Positions 1 to 12,294 of a DNA stretch of 64,000 bases are shown one piece after another (position 1 is the stretch's first letter; each line of letters starts with the position of its first letter). The stretch lies in NCBI GenBank assembly GCA_964016885.1, contig CAXHJY010000096.1:2542001-2606000 (forward strand), written 5' to 3'. The position numbers and the translations under genes were made by a program. The notes under the pieces were generated by a model that had not been told where the DNA came from, searched no databases, and saw nothing but the letters and a program-made list of their open reading frames with translations. Source of the DNA: Eledone cirrhosa (Eukaryota).

Positions 1-210
1 AAAAAAAATCAGGGGGAGATAATTTCCATCCTTCCAAGGGGATATAATTTCCAGCCGTCCAAGGGGAGATAATTTCCATCCTTCCAAGGGGATATAATTT
101 CCAGCCGTCCAAGGGGAGATAATTTTCAGCCGTCCAAGGAGAGGTAATTTCTAGCCGTCCAAGGAGAGATAATTTCCAGCCGTCCAAGGGGAGATAATTT
201 CCAGCCGTCC

Positions 211-235
211 AAGGGGAGATAATTTCCAGCCGTCC
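211..235 (+). repeat. Representative type A monomer AAGGGGAGATAATTTCCAGCCGTCC (25 bp)
   Basis: Read directly. Exact copies occur head-to-tail throughout, in blocks of 1 to ~20 units. Confidence 0.97.
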
Positions 236-334
236 AAGGAGACATATTTTCCAGCCGTCCAAGGAGAGGTAATTCCTAGCCGTCCAAGGGGAGATAAATT
301 CCAGCCTCCAAGGGGAGATAATTTCCAGCCAGCC
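236..334 (+). repeat. Conserved 4-monomer cassette that closes long A blocks
   Basis: The order AAGGAGACATATTTTCC.. / AAGGAGAGGTAATT(T/C)CTAG.. / ..GATAAATTCCAGCCTCC / ..CCAGCCAGCC recurs just before a B block at ~800, ~2370, ~2975, ~4280, ~5090, ~6770 and onward. Confidence 0.9.
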
Positions 335-3300
335 AAGGGGAGATAATTTGTAAAAAAAATCAGGGGGAGATAATTTGTAAAGAAATCAGGGGGAGATAAT
401 TTGTAAAAAAAATCAGGGGGAGATAATTTGTAAAAAAAATCAGGGGGAGATAATTTGTAAAAAAAAATCAGGGGGAGATAATTTGTAAAAAAAGTCAAGG
501 GGAGATAATTTCCAGCCGTCCAAGGGAAGATAATTTCCAGCCCTCCAAGGGGCTATAATTTCCAGCGTCCAAGGGGAGATAATTTCCAGCCAGCGAAGGG
601 GAGATAATTTTTTTAAAAAAATCATTGGGAGATTTGTAAAAAAATCAGGGGGAGATAATTTGTAAAAAAAATCAAGGGGAGATAATTTCCAGCCGTCCAA
701 GGGGAGGTAATATCTAGCCGTCCAAGGGGTGATAATTTCCAGCCGTCCAAGGGGAGATAATTTCCAGCCGTCCAAGGGTAGATAATATCCAGCCGTCCAA
801 GGACATATTTTCCAGCCGTCCAAGGAGAGGTAATTTCTAGCCGTCCAAGGGGAGATAAATTCCAGCCTCCAAGGTGAGATAATTTCCAGCCAGCCAAGGG
901 GAGATAATTTGTAAAAAAATCAGGGGGAGATAATTTGTAAAAAAAATCAGGGGGAGATAATTTGTAAAAAAAAATCAGGGGGAGATAATTTGTAAAAAAA
1001 ATCAAGGGGAGATAATTTCCAGCCGTCCAAGGGGAGATAATTTTCAGCCGTCCAAGGGGAGATAATTTCCCGCCAGCCAAGGGAAGATAATATTTAAAAA
1101 AATCAGGCGGAGATAATTTGTAAAAAAAATCAGGGGGAGATAATTTGTAAAAAAATCAGGGGGAGATAATTTGTAAAAAAAAAATCAGGGGGAGATAATT
1201 TGTAAAAAAAATCAGGGGGAGATAATTTGTAAAAAAAAATCAGGGGTAGATGAATTGTAAAAAAAAATCAGGGGGAGATAATTTGTAAAAAAAATCAGGG
1301 GGAGATAATTTGTAAAAAAAATGAAAGGGGAGATAATATCCAGCCGTCCAAGGGGAGATAATTTCCAGCCGTCCAAGGGGAGATAATTTCCAGCCGTCCA
1401 AGGGGAGATAATTTCCATCCTTCCAAGGGGATATAATTTCCAGCCGTCCAAGGGGAGATAATTTCCCGCCAGCCAAGGGAAGATAATATTTAAAAAAATT
1501 AGGCGGAGATAATTTGTAAAAAAAATCAGGGGGAGATAATTTGTAAAAAATCAGGGGGAGATAATTTGTAAAAAAAATCAGGGGGAGATAATTTGTAAAA
1601 AAAATCATGGGGAGATAATTTGTAAAAAAAAATCAGGGGTAGATAATTTGTAAAAAAAAATCAGGGGGAGATAATTTGTAAAAAAAAATCAGGGGGAGAT
1701 AATTTGTAAAAAAAATCAAGGGGAGATAATTTCCAGCCGTCCAAGGGGAGATAATTTTCAGCCGTCCAAGGAGAGGTAATTTCTAGCCGTCCAAGGGGAG
1801 ATAATTTCCAGCCGTCCAAGGGGAGGTAATTTCCAGCCGTCCAAGGGGAGATAATTTTAAAAAAAAAATCAGGCGGAGATAATTTGTAAAAAAAATCAAG
1901 GGGAGATAATTTGCAGCCGTCCAAGGGGAGATAATTTTCAGTCGTCCAAGGAGAGGTAATTTCTAGCCGTCCAAGGGGAGATAATTGCCAGCCGTCCAAG
2001 GGGAGATAATTTCCAGCCGTCCAAGGGGAGATAATTTTTTTTAAAAAATCAGGCGGAGATAATTTGTAAAAAAAATCAGGGGGAGATAATTTGTAAACAA
2101 AATCAGGGGGAGATAATTTGTAAAAAAAAATCAGGGGTAGATAATTTGTAAAAAAAAATCAGGGGGAGATAATTTGTAAAAAAAAATCAGGGGGAGATAA
2201 TTTGTAAAAAAAATCAAGGGGAGATAATTTCCAGCCGTCCAAGGGGAGATAATTTTCAGCCGTCCAAGGAGAGGTAATTTCTAACCGTCCGAGGAGAGAT
2301 AATTTCCAGCCGTCCAAGGGGAGATAATTTCCAGCCGTCCAAGGGGAGATAATTTCCAGCCGTCCAAGGAGACATATTTTCCAGCCGTCCAAGGAGAGGT
2401 AATTTCTAGCCGTCCAAGGGGAGATAAATTCCAGCCTCCAAGGGGAGATAATTTCCAGCCAGCCAAGGGGAGATAATTTGTAAAAAAATCAGGGGGAGAT
2501 AATTTGCAAAAAAAATCAGGGGGAGATAATTTGTAAAAAAAATCAGGGGGAGATAATTTGTAAAAAATAATCAGGGGGAGATAATTTCCAGCCGTCCAAG
2601 GGAAGATAATTTCCAGCCCTCCAAGGGGCTATAATTTCCAGTGTCCAAGGGGAGATAATTTCCAGCCAGCGAAGGGGAGATAATTTTTTTTAAAAAATCA
2701 TTGGGAGATTTGTAAAAAAAATCAGGGGGAGATAATTTGTAAAAAAAATCAAGGGGAGATAATTTCCAGCCGTCCAAGGGGAGGTAATATCTAGCCGTCC
2801 AAGGGTAGATAATTTCCAGCCGTCCAACGGGAGATAATTTCCAGCCGTCCAAGGGTAGATCATATCCAGCCGCCCAAGGACATATTTTCCAGCCGTCCAA
2901 GGAGAGGTAATTTCTAGCCGTCCAAGGGGAGATAATTTCCAGCCGTCCAAGGGTAGATAATATCCAGCCGTCCAAGGACATATTTTCCAGCCGTCCAAGG
3001 AGAGGTAATTTCTAGCCGTCCAAGGGGAGATAAATTCCAGCCTCCAAGGGGAGATAATTTCCAGCCAGCCAAGGGGAGATAATTTGTAAAAAAATCAGGG
3101 GGAGATAATTTGTAAAAAAAATCAGGGGGAGATAATTTGTAAAAAAAAATCAGGGGGAGATAATTTGTAAAAAAAAATCAGGGTGAGATAATTTGCAAAA
3201 AAAATCAGGGGGAGATAATTTGTAAAAAAAAATCAGGGGTAGATAATTTGTAAAAAAAAATCAGGGGGAGATAATTTGTAAAAAAAAATCAGGGGGAGAT

Positions 3301-4324
3301 AATTTGTAAAAAAAATCAAGGGGAGATAATTTCCAGCCGTCCAAGAAGAGATAATTTAAAAAAAAATCAGGCGGAGATAATTTGTAAAAAAAAATCAGGG
3401 GGAGATAATTTGTAAAAAAAATCAGGGGGAGATAATTTGTAAAAAAAAATCAGGGGTAGATAATTTGTAAAAAAAAATCAGGGGGAGATAATTTGTAAAA
3501 AAAAATCAGGAGGAGATAATTTGTAAAAAAAATCAAGGGGAGATAATTTCCAGCCGTCCAAGGAGAGATAATTTAAAAAAAAATCAGGCGGAGATAATTT
3601 GTAAAAAAAAATCAGGGGGAGATAATTTGTAAAAAAAAATCAGGGGGAGATAATTTGTAAAAAAAATCAAGGGGAGATAATTTCCAGCCGTCCAAGGGGA
3701 GATAATTTTCAGCCGTCCAAGGGGAGATAATTTCCCGCCAGCCAAGGGAAGATAATATTCAAAAAAATCAGGCGGAGATAATTTGTAAAAAAAATCAGGG
3801 GGAGATAATTTGTAAAAAAATCAGGGGGAGATAATTTGTAAAAAAAAAATCAGGGGGAGATAATTTGTAAAAAAAATCAGGGGGAGATAATTTGTAAAAA
3901 AAATCAGGGGTAGATAATTTGTAAAAAAAAATCAGGGGGAGATAATTTGTAAAAAAAAATCAGGGGGAGATAATTTGTAAAAAAAATGAAAGGGGAGATA
4001 ATATCCAGCCGTCCAAGGGGAGATAATTTCCAGCCGTCCAAGGGGAGATAATTTCCAGCCGTCCAAGGGGAGATAATTTCCATCCTTCCAAGGGGATATA
4101 ATTTCCAGCCGTCCAAGGGGAGATAATTTCCATCCTTCCAAGGGGATATAATTTCCAGCCGTCCAAGGGGAGATAATTTTCAGCCGTCCAAGGAGAGGTA
4201 ATTTCTAGCCGTCCAAGGAGAGATAATTTCCAGCCGTCCAAGGGGAGATAATTTCCAGCCGTCCAAGGGGAGATAATTTCCAGCCGTCCAAGGAGACATA
4301 TTTTCCAGCCGTCCAAGGAGAGGT
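271..4324. repeat. Short HOR interval, 4054 bp
   Basis: Distance between successive copies of the rare marker AATTCCTAG (271 and 4325). Confidence 0.75.
388..414 (+). repeat. Representative type B monomer AGGGGGAGATAATTTGTAAAAAAAATC (27 bp; A-tract 7-11)
   Basis: Read directly. Occurs head-to-tail in blocks of typically 2-10 units, with variable A-tract length. Confidence 0.97.
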
Positions 4325-7300
4325 AATTCCTAGCCGTCCAAGGGGAGATAAATTCCAGCCTCCAAGGGGAGATAATTTCCAGCCAGCCAAGGGGAGATAA
4401 TTTGTAAAAAAAATCAGGGGGAGATAATTTGTAAAAAAAATCAGGGGGAGATAATTTGTAAAAAAAAATCAGGGGTAGATAATTTGTAAAAAATAATCAG
4501 GGGGAGATAATTTGTAAAAAAAATCAAGGGGAGATAATTTCCAGCCGTCCAAGGGGAGATAATTTTCAGCCGTCCAAGGGGAGATAATTTCCCGCCAGCC
4601 AAGGGAAGATAATATTTAAAAAAATTAGGCGGAGATAATTTGTAAAAAAAATCAGGGGGAGATAATTTGTAAAAAAATCAGGGGGAGATAATTTGTAAAA
4701 AAAATCAGGGGGAGATAATTTGTAAAAAAAATCAGGGGGAGATAATTTGTAAAAAAAAATCAGGGGGAGATAATTTGTAAAAAAAATCAAGGGGAGATAA
4801 TTTCCAGCCGTCCAAGGGAAGATAATTTCCAGCCCTCCAAGGGGCTATAATTTCCAGCGTCCAAGGGGAGATAATTTCCAGCCAGCGAAGGGGAGATAAT
4901 TTTTTTTAAAAAATCATTGGGAGATTTGTAAAAAAAATCAGGGGGAGATAATTTGTAAAAAAAATCAAGGGGAGATAATTTCCAGCCGTCCAAGGGGAGG
5001 TAATATCTAGCCGTCCAAGGGGAGATAATTTCCAGCCGTCCAAGTGGAGATAATTTCCAGCCGTCCAAGGGTAGATAATATCCAGCCGTCCAAGGACATA
5101 TTTTCCAGCCGTCCAAGGAGAGGTAATTTCTAGCCGTCCAAGGGGAGATAAATTCCAGCCTCCAAGGTGAGATAATTTCCAGCCAGCCAAGGGGAGATAA
5201 TTTGTAAAAAAATCAGGGGGAGATAATTTGTAAAAAAAATCAGGGGGAGATAATTTGTAAAAAAAAATCAGGGGGAGATAATTTGTAAAAAAAAATCAGG
5301 GGGAGATAATTTGTAAAAAAAAATCAGGGGGAGATAATTTGTAAAAAAATCAAGGGGAGATAATTTCCAGCCGTCCAAGGGGAGATAATTTTCAGCCGTC
5401 CAAGGGGAGATAATTTCCCGCCAGCCAAGGGAAGATAATATTTGAAAAAATCAGGCGGAGATAATTTGTAAAAAAAATCAGGGGGAGATAATTTGTAAAA
5501 AAATCAGGGGGAGATAATTTGTAAAAAAAAAATCAGGGGGAGATAATTTGTAAAAAGAATCAGGGGGAGATAATTTGTAAAAAAAAATCAGGGGTAGATA
5601 AATTGTAAAAAAAAATCAGGGGGAGATAATTTGTAAAAAAAATCAGGGGGAGATAATTTGTAAAAAAAATGAAAGGGGAGATAATATCCAGCCGTCCAAG
5701 GGGAGATAATTTCCAGCCGTCCAAGGGGAGATAATTTCCAGCCGTCCAAGGGGAGATAATTTCCATCCTTCCAAGGGGATATAATTTCCAGCCGTCCAAG
5801 GGGAGATAATTTCCCGCCAGCCAAGGGAAGATAATTTTTAAAAAAATCAGGCGGAGATTGTAAAAAAAATCAGGGGGGAGATAATTTGTAAAAAAATCAG
5901 GGGGAGATAATTTGTAAAAAAAAATCAGGGGGAGATAATTTGTAAAAAATATTCAGGGGGAGATAATTTGTAAAAAAAATCAAGGGGAGATAATTTCCAG
6001 CCGTCCAAGGGGAGATAATTTCCCGCCAGCCAAGGGAAGATAATATTTAAAAAAATTAGGCGGAGATAATTTGTAAAAAAAATCAGGGGGAGATAATTTG
6101 TAAAAAAATCAGGGGGAGATAATTTGTAAAAAAAATCAGGGGGAGATAATTTGTAAAAAAATTCATGGGGAGATAATTTGTAAAAAAAAATCAGGGGTAG
6201 ATAATTTGTAAAAAAAAATCAGGGGGAGATAATTTGTAAAAAAAAATCAGGGGGAGATAATTTGTAAAAAAAATCAAGGGGAGATAATTTCCAGCCGTCC
6301 AAGGGGAGATAATTTTCAGCCGTCCAAGGAGAGGTAATTTCTAGCCGTCCAAGGGGAGATAATTTCCAGCCGTCCAAGGGGAGGTAATTTCCAGCCGTCC
6401 AAGGGGAGATAATTTTAAAAAAAAAATCAGTCGGAGATAATTTGTAAAAAAAATCAAGGGGAGATAATTTGCAGCCGTCCAAGGGGAGATAATTTTCAGT
6501 CGTCCAAGGAGAGGTAATTTCTAGCCGTCCAAGGGGAGATAATTGCCAGCCGTCCAAGGGGAGATAATTTCCAGCCGTCCAAGGGGAGATAATTTTTTTT
6601 AAAAAATCAGGCGGAGATAATTTGTAAAAAAAATCAGGGGGAGATAATTTGTAAACAAAATCAGGGGGAGATAATTTGTAAAAAAAAATCAGGGGGAGAT
6701 AATTTGTAAAAAAAATCATGGAGAGATAATTTCCAGCCGTCCAAGGTGAGATAATTTCCAGCCGTCCAAGGAGACATATTTTCCAGCCGTCCAAGGCGAG
6801 GTAATTTCTAGCCGTCCAAGGGGAGATAAATTCCAGCCTCCAAGGGGAGATAATTTCCAGCTAGCCAAGTGGAGATAATTTGTAAAAAAATCAGGGGGAG
6901 ATAATTTGTAAAAAATATCAGGGAGATAATTTGTAAAAAAAAATCAGGGGGAGATAATTTGTAAAAAAAATCAGGGGGAGATAATTTGTAAAAAAAAATC
7001 AGGGGGAGATAATTTGTAAAAAAAATCAAGGGGAGATAATTTCCAGCCGTCCAAGGGGAGATAATTTTCAGCCGTCCAAGGGGAGATAATTTCCCGCCAG
7101 CCAAGGGAAGATAATATTTAAAAAAATCAGGCGGAGATAATTTGTAAAAAAAATCAGGGGGAGATAATTTGTAAAAAAATCAGGGGGAGATAATTTGTAA
7201 AAAAAAAATCAGGGGGAGATAATTTGTAAAAAAAATCAGGGGGAGATAATTTGTAAAAAAAAATCAGGGATAGATAATTTGTAAACAAAAATCAGGGGGA

Positions 7301-10300
7301 GATAATTTGTAAAAAAAAATCAGGGGGAGATAATTTGTAAAAAAAATGAAAGGGGAGATAATATCCAGCCGTCCAAGGGGAGATAATTTCCAGCCGTCCA
7401 AGGGGATATAATTTCCAGCCGTCCAAGGGGAGATAATTTCCATCCTTCCAAGGGGATATAATTTCCAGCCGTCCAAGGGGAGATAATTTCCCGCCAGCCA
7501 AGGGAAGATAATTTTTAAAAAAATCAGGCGGAGATTGTAAAAAAAATCAGGGGGGAGATAATTTGTAAAAAAATCAGGGGGAGATAATTTGTAAAAAATA
7601 ATCAGGGGGAGATAATTTGTAAAAAAATTCAAGGGGAGATAATTTCCAGCCGTCCAAGGGGAGATAATTTCCCGCCAGCCAAGGGAAGATAATATTTAAA
7701 AAAATTAGGCGGAGATAATTTGTAAAAAAAATCAGGGGGAGATAATTTGTAAAAAAATCAGGGGGAGATAATTTGTAAAAAAAATCAGGGGGAGATAATT
7801 TGTAAAAAAAATCATGGGGAGATAATTTGTAAAAAAAAATCAGGGGTAGATAATTTGTAAAAAAAAATCAGGGGGAGATAATTTGTAAAAAAAAATCAGG
7901 GGGAGATAATTTGTAAAAAAAATCAAGGGGAGATAATATCCAGCCGTCCAAGGAGAGATAATTTAAAAAAAAAATGAGGCGGAGATAATTTGTAAAAAAA
8001 AAATCAGGGGGAGTTAATTTGTAAAAAAAAATGAGGGGGAGATAATTTGTAAAAAAAATCAAGGGGAGATAATTTCCAGCCGTCCAAGGGGAGATAATTT
8101 TCAGCCGTCCAAGGAGAGGTAATTTCTAGCCGTCCAAGGGGAGATAATTTCCAGCCGTCCAAGGGGAGGTAATTTCCAGCCGTCCAAGGGGAGATAATTT
8201 TTAAAAAAAAATCAGGCGGAGATAATTTGTAAAAAAAATCAAGGGGAGATAATTTGCAGCCGTCCAAGGGGAGATAATTTTCAGTCGTCCAAGGAGAGGT
8301 AATTTCTAGCCGTCCAAGGGGAGATAATTTCCAGCCGTCCAAGGGGAGATAATTTCCAGCCGTCCAAGGGGAGATAATTTTTTTTAAAAAATCAGGCGGA
8401 GATAATTTGTAAAAAAAATCAGGGGGAGATAATTTGTAAACAAAATCAGGGGGAGATAATTTGTAAAAAAAAATCAGGGGGAGATAATTTGTAAAAAAAA
8501 TTAGGCGTAGATAATTTGTAAAAAAAAATCAGGGGGAGATAATTTGTAAAAAAAAATCAGGGGGAGATAATTTGTTTAAAAAATCAAGGGGAGATAATTT
8601 GCAGCCGTCCAAGGGGAGATAATTTTCAGCCGTCCAAGGAGAGGTAATTTCTAGCCGTTCAAGGGGAGATAATTTCCAGCCGTCCAAGGGGAGATAATTT
8701 CCAGCCGTCCAAGGGGAGATAATTTTTTTTAAAAAATCAGGCGGAGATAATTTGTAAAAAAAAATCAGGGGGAGATAATTCGTAAAAAAAAATCAGGGGG
8801 AGATAATTTGTAAAAAAAAATCAGGGGGAGATAATTTGTAAAAAAAATCAAGGGGAGATAATTTCCAGCCGTCCAAGGGGAGGTAATATCTAGCCGTCCA
8901 AGGGGAGATAATTTCCAGCCGTCCAAGGGGAGATAATTTCCAGCCGTCCAAGGGGAGATAATTTCCAGCCGTCCAAGGAGACATATTTTCCAGCCGTCCA
9001 AGGCGAGGTAATTTCTAGCCGTCCAAGGGGAGATTAATTCCAGCCTCCAAGGGGAGATAATTTCCAGCCAGCCAAGGGGAGATAATTTGTAAAAAAATCA
9101 GGGGGAGATAATTTGTAAAAAATATCAGGGAGATAATTTGTAAAAAAAAATCAGGGGGAGATAATTTGTAAAAAAAATCAGGGGGAGATAATTTGTAAAA
9201 AAAAATCAGGGGGAGATAATTTGTAAAAAAAATCAAGGGGAGATAATTTCCAGCCGTCCAAGGGGAGATAATTTTCAGCCGTCCAAGGAGAGGTAATTTC
9301 TAATCCGTCCGAGGAGAGATAATTTCCAGCCGTCCAAGGGGAGATAATTTCCAGCCGTCCAAGGGGAGATAATTTCCAGCCGTCCAAGGAGACATATTTT
9401 CCAGCCGTCCAAGGAGAGGTAATTTCTAGCCGTCCAAGGGGAGATAAATTCCAGCCTCCAAGGGGAGATAATTTCCAGCCAGCCAAGGGGAGATAATTTG
9501 TAAAAAAATCAGGGGGAGATAATTTGCAAAAAAAATCAGGGGGAGATAATTTGTAAAAAAAATCAGGGGGAGATAATTTGTAAAAAATAATCAGGGGGAG
9601 ATAATTTCCAGCCGTCCAAGGGAAGATAATTTCCAGCCCTCCAAGGGGCTATAATTTCCAGTGTCCAAGGGGAGATAATTTCCAGCCAGCGAAGGGGAGA
9701 TAATTTTTTTTAAAAAATCATTGGGAGATTTGTAAAAAAAATCAGGGGGAGATAATTTGTAAAAAAAATCAAGGGGAGATAATTTCCAGCCGTCCAAGGG
9801 GAGGTAATATCTAGCCGTCCAAGGGTAGATAATTTCCAGCCGTCCAACGGGAGATAATTTCCAGCCGTCCAAGGGTAGATAATATCCAGCCGCCCAAGGA
9901 CATATTTTCCAGCCGTCCAAGGAGAGGTAATTTCTAGCCGTCCAAGGGGAGATAATTTCCAGCCGTCCAAGGGTAGATAATATCCAGCCGTCCAAGGACA
10001 TATTTTCCAGCCGTCCAAGGAGAGGTAATTTCTAGCCGTCCAAGGGGAGATAAATTCCAGCCTCCAAGGGGAGATAATTTCCAGCCAGCCAAGGGGAGAT
10101 AATTTGTAAAAAAATCAGGGGGAGATAATTTGTAAAAAAAATCAGGGGGAGATAATTTGTAAAAAAAAATCAGGGGGAGATAATTTGTAAAAAAAAATCA
10201 GGGTGAGATAATTTGCAAAAAAAATCAGGGGGAGATAATTTGTAAAAAAAAATCAGGGGTAGATAATTTGTAAAAAAAAATCAGGGGGAGATAATTTGTA

Positions 10301-12294
10301 AAAAAAAATCAGGGGGAGATAATTTGTAAAAAAAATCAAGGGGAGATAATTTCCAGCCGTCCAAGGAGAGATAATTTAAAAAAAAATCAGGCGGAGATAA
10401 TTTGTAAAAAAAAATCAGGGGGAGATAATTTGTAAAAAAAATCAGGGGGAGATAATTTGTAAAAAAAAATCAGGGGTAGATAATTTGTAAAAAAAAATCA
10501 GGGGGAGATAATTTGTAAAAAAAAATCAGGAGGAGATAATTTGTAAAAAAAATCAAGGGGAGATAATTTCCAGCCGTCCAAGGAGAGATAATTTAAAAAA
10601 AATCAGGCGGAGATAATTTGTAAAAAAAAATCAGGTGGAGATAATTTGTAAAAAAAAATCAGGGGGAGATAATTTGTAAAAAAAATCAAGGGGAGATAAT
10701 TTCCAGCCGTCCAAGGGGAGATAATTTTCAGCCGTCCAAGGGGAGATAATTTCCAGCCAGCGAAGGGGAGATAATTTTTTTTAAAAAATCAGGGGGAGAT
10801 AATTTGTAAAAAAAATCAAGGGGAGATAATTTCCAGCCGTCCAAGGGGAGGTAATATCTAGCCGTCCAAGGGGAGATAATTTCCAGCCGTCCAAGGGGAG
10901 ATAATTTCCAGCCGTCCCAGGGTAGATAATATCCAGCCGCCCAAGGACATATTTTCCAGCCGTCCAAGGAGAGGTAATTTCTAGCCGTCCAAGGGGAGAT
11001 AAATTCCAGCCTCCAAGGGGAGATAATTTCCAGCCAGCCAAGGGGAGATAATTTGTAAAAAAATCAGGGGGAGATAATTTGTAAAAAAATCAGGGGGAGA
11101 TAATTTGTAAAAAAAAATCAGGGGGAGATAATTTGTAAAAAAAAATCAGGGGGAGATAATTTGCAAAAAAAATCAGGGGGAGATAATTTGTAAAAAAAAA
11201 TCAGGGGTAGATAATTTGTAAAAAAAAATCAGGGGGTGATAATTTGTAAAAAAAAATCAGGGGGAGATAATTTGTAAAAAAAATCAAGGGGAGATAATTT
11301 CCAGCCGTCCAAGGAGAGATAATTTTAAAAAAAATCAGGCGGAGATAATTTGTAAAAAAAAATCAGGGGGAGATAATTTGTAAAAAAAATCAGGGGGAGA
11401 TAATTTGTAAAAAAAAATCAGGGGTAGATAATTTGTAAAAAAAAATCAGGGGGAGATAATTTGTAAAAAAAAATCAGGGGGAGATAATTTGTAAATAAAA
11501 TCAAGGGGAGATAATTTCCAGCCGTCCAAGGAGAGATAATTTTAAAAAAAATCAGGCGGAGATAATTTGTAAAAAAAAATTAGGGGGAGATAATTTGTAA
11601 AAAAAAATCAGGGGGAGATAATTTGTAAAAAAAATCAAGGGGAGATAATTTCCAGCCGTCCAAGGGGAGATAATTTTCAGCCGTCCAAGGGGAGATAATT
11701 TCCCGCCAGCCAAGGGAAGATAATATTCAAAAAAATCAGGCGGAGATAATTTGTAAAAAAAATCAGGGGGAGATAATTTGTAAAAAAATCAGGGGGAGAT
11801 AATTTGTAAAAAAAAAAATCAGGGGGAGATAATTTGTAAAAAAAATCAGGGGGAGATAATTTGTAAAAAAAAATCAGGGGTAGATAATTTGTAAAAAAAA
11901 ATCAGGGGGAGATAATTTGTAAAAAAAAATCAGGGGGAGATAATTTGTAAAAAAAATGAAAGGGGAGATAATATCCAGCCGTCCAAGGGGAGATAATTTC
12001 CAGCCGTCCAAGGGGAGATAATTTCCAGCCGTCCAAGGGGAGATAATTTCCATCCTTCCAAGGGGATATAATTTCCAGCCGTCCAAGGGGAGATAATTTC
12101 CATCCTTCCAAGGGGATATAATTTCCAGCCGTCCAAGGGGAGATAATTTTCAGCCGTCCAAGGAGAGGTAATTTCTAGCCGTCCAAGGAGAGATAATTTC
12201 CAGCCGTCCAAGGGGAGATAATTTCCAGCCGTCCAAGGGGAGATAATTTCCAGCCGTCCAAGGAGACATATTTTCCAGCCGTCCAAGGAGAGGT
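4325..12294. repeat. HOR unit, long form, 7970 bp
   Basis: Marker AATTCCTAG at 4325 and 12295. The ORF track repeats with the same offset (3904/11874, 4787/12757, 5560/13530). Confidence 0.9.

Noticed and set aside
27-44. Possible hairpin or palindrome ATCCTTCCAAGGGGAT and the quasi-palindrome CCAAGG
   Set aside because: The stem is only ~4-6 bp with a 2-nt loop and a bulge, so it is too weak. No inverted copies of the monomers were seen anywhere in the window.
211-230. NF-kB/Rel-like site GGGGAGATAATTTCC
   Set aside because: The spacing between GGG and TTCC exceeds the 10-11 bp GGGRNWYYCC consensus, so only a half-site matches.
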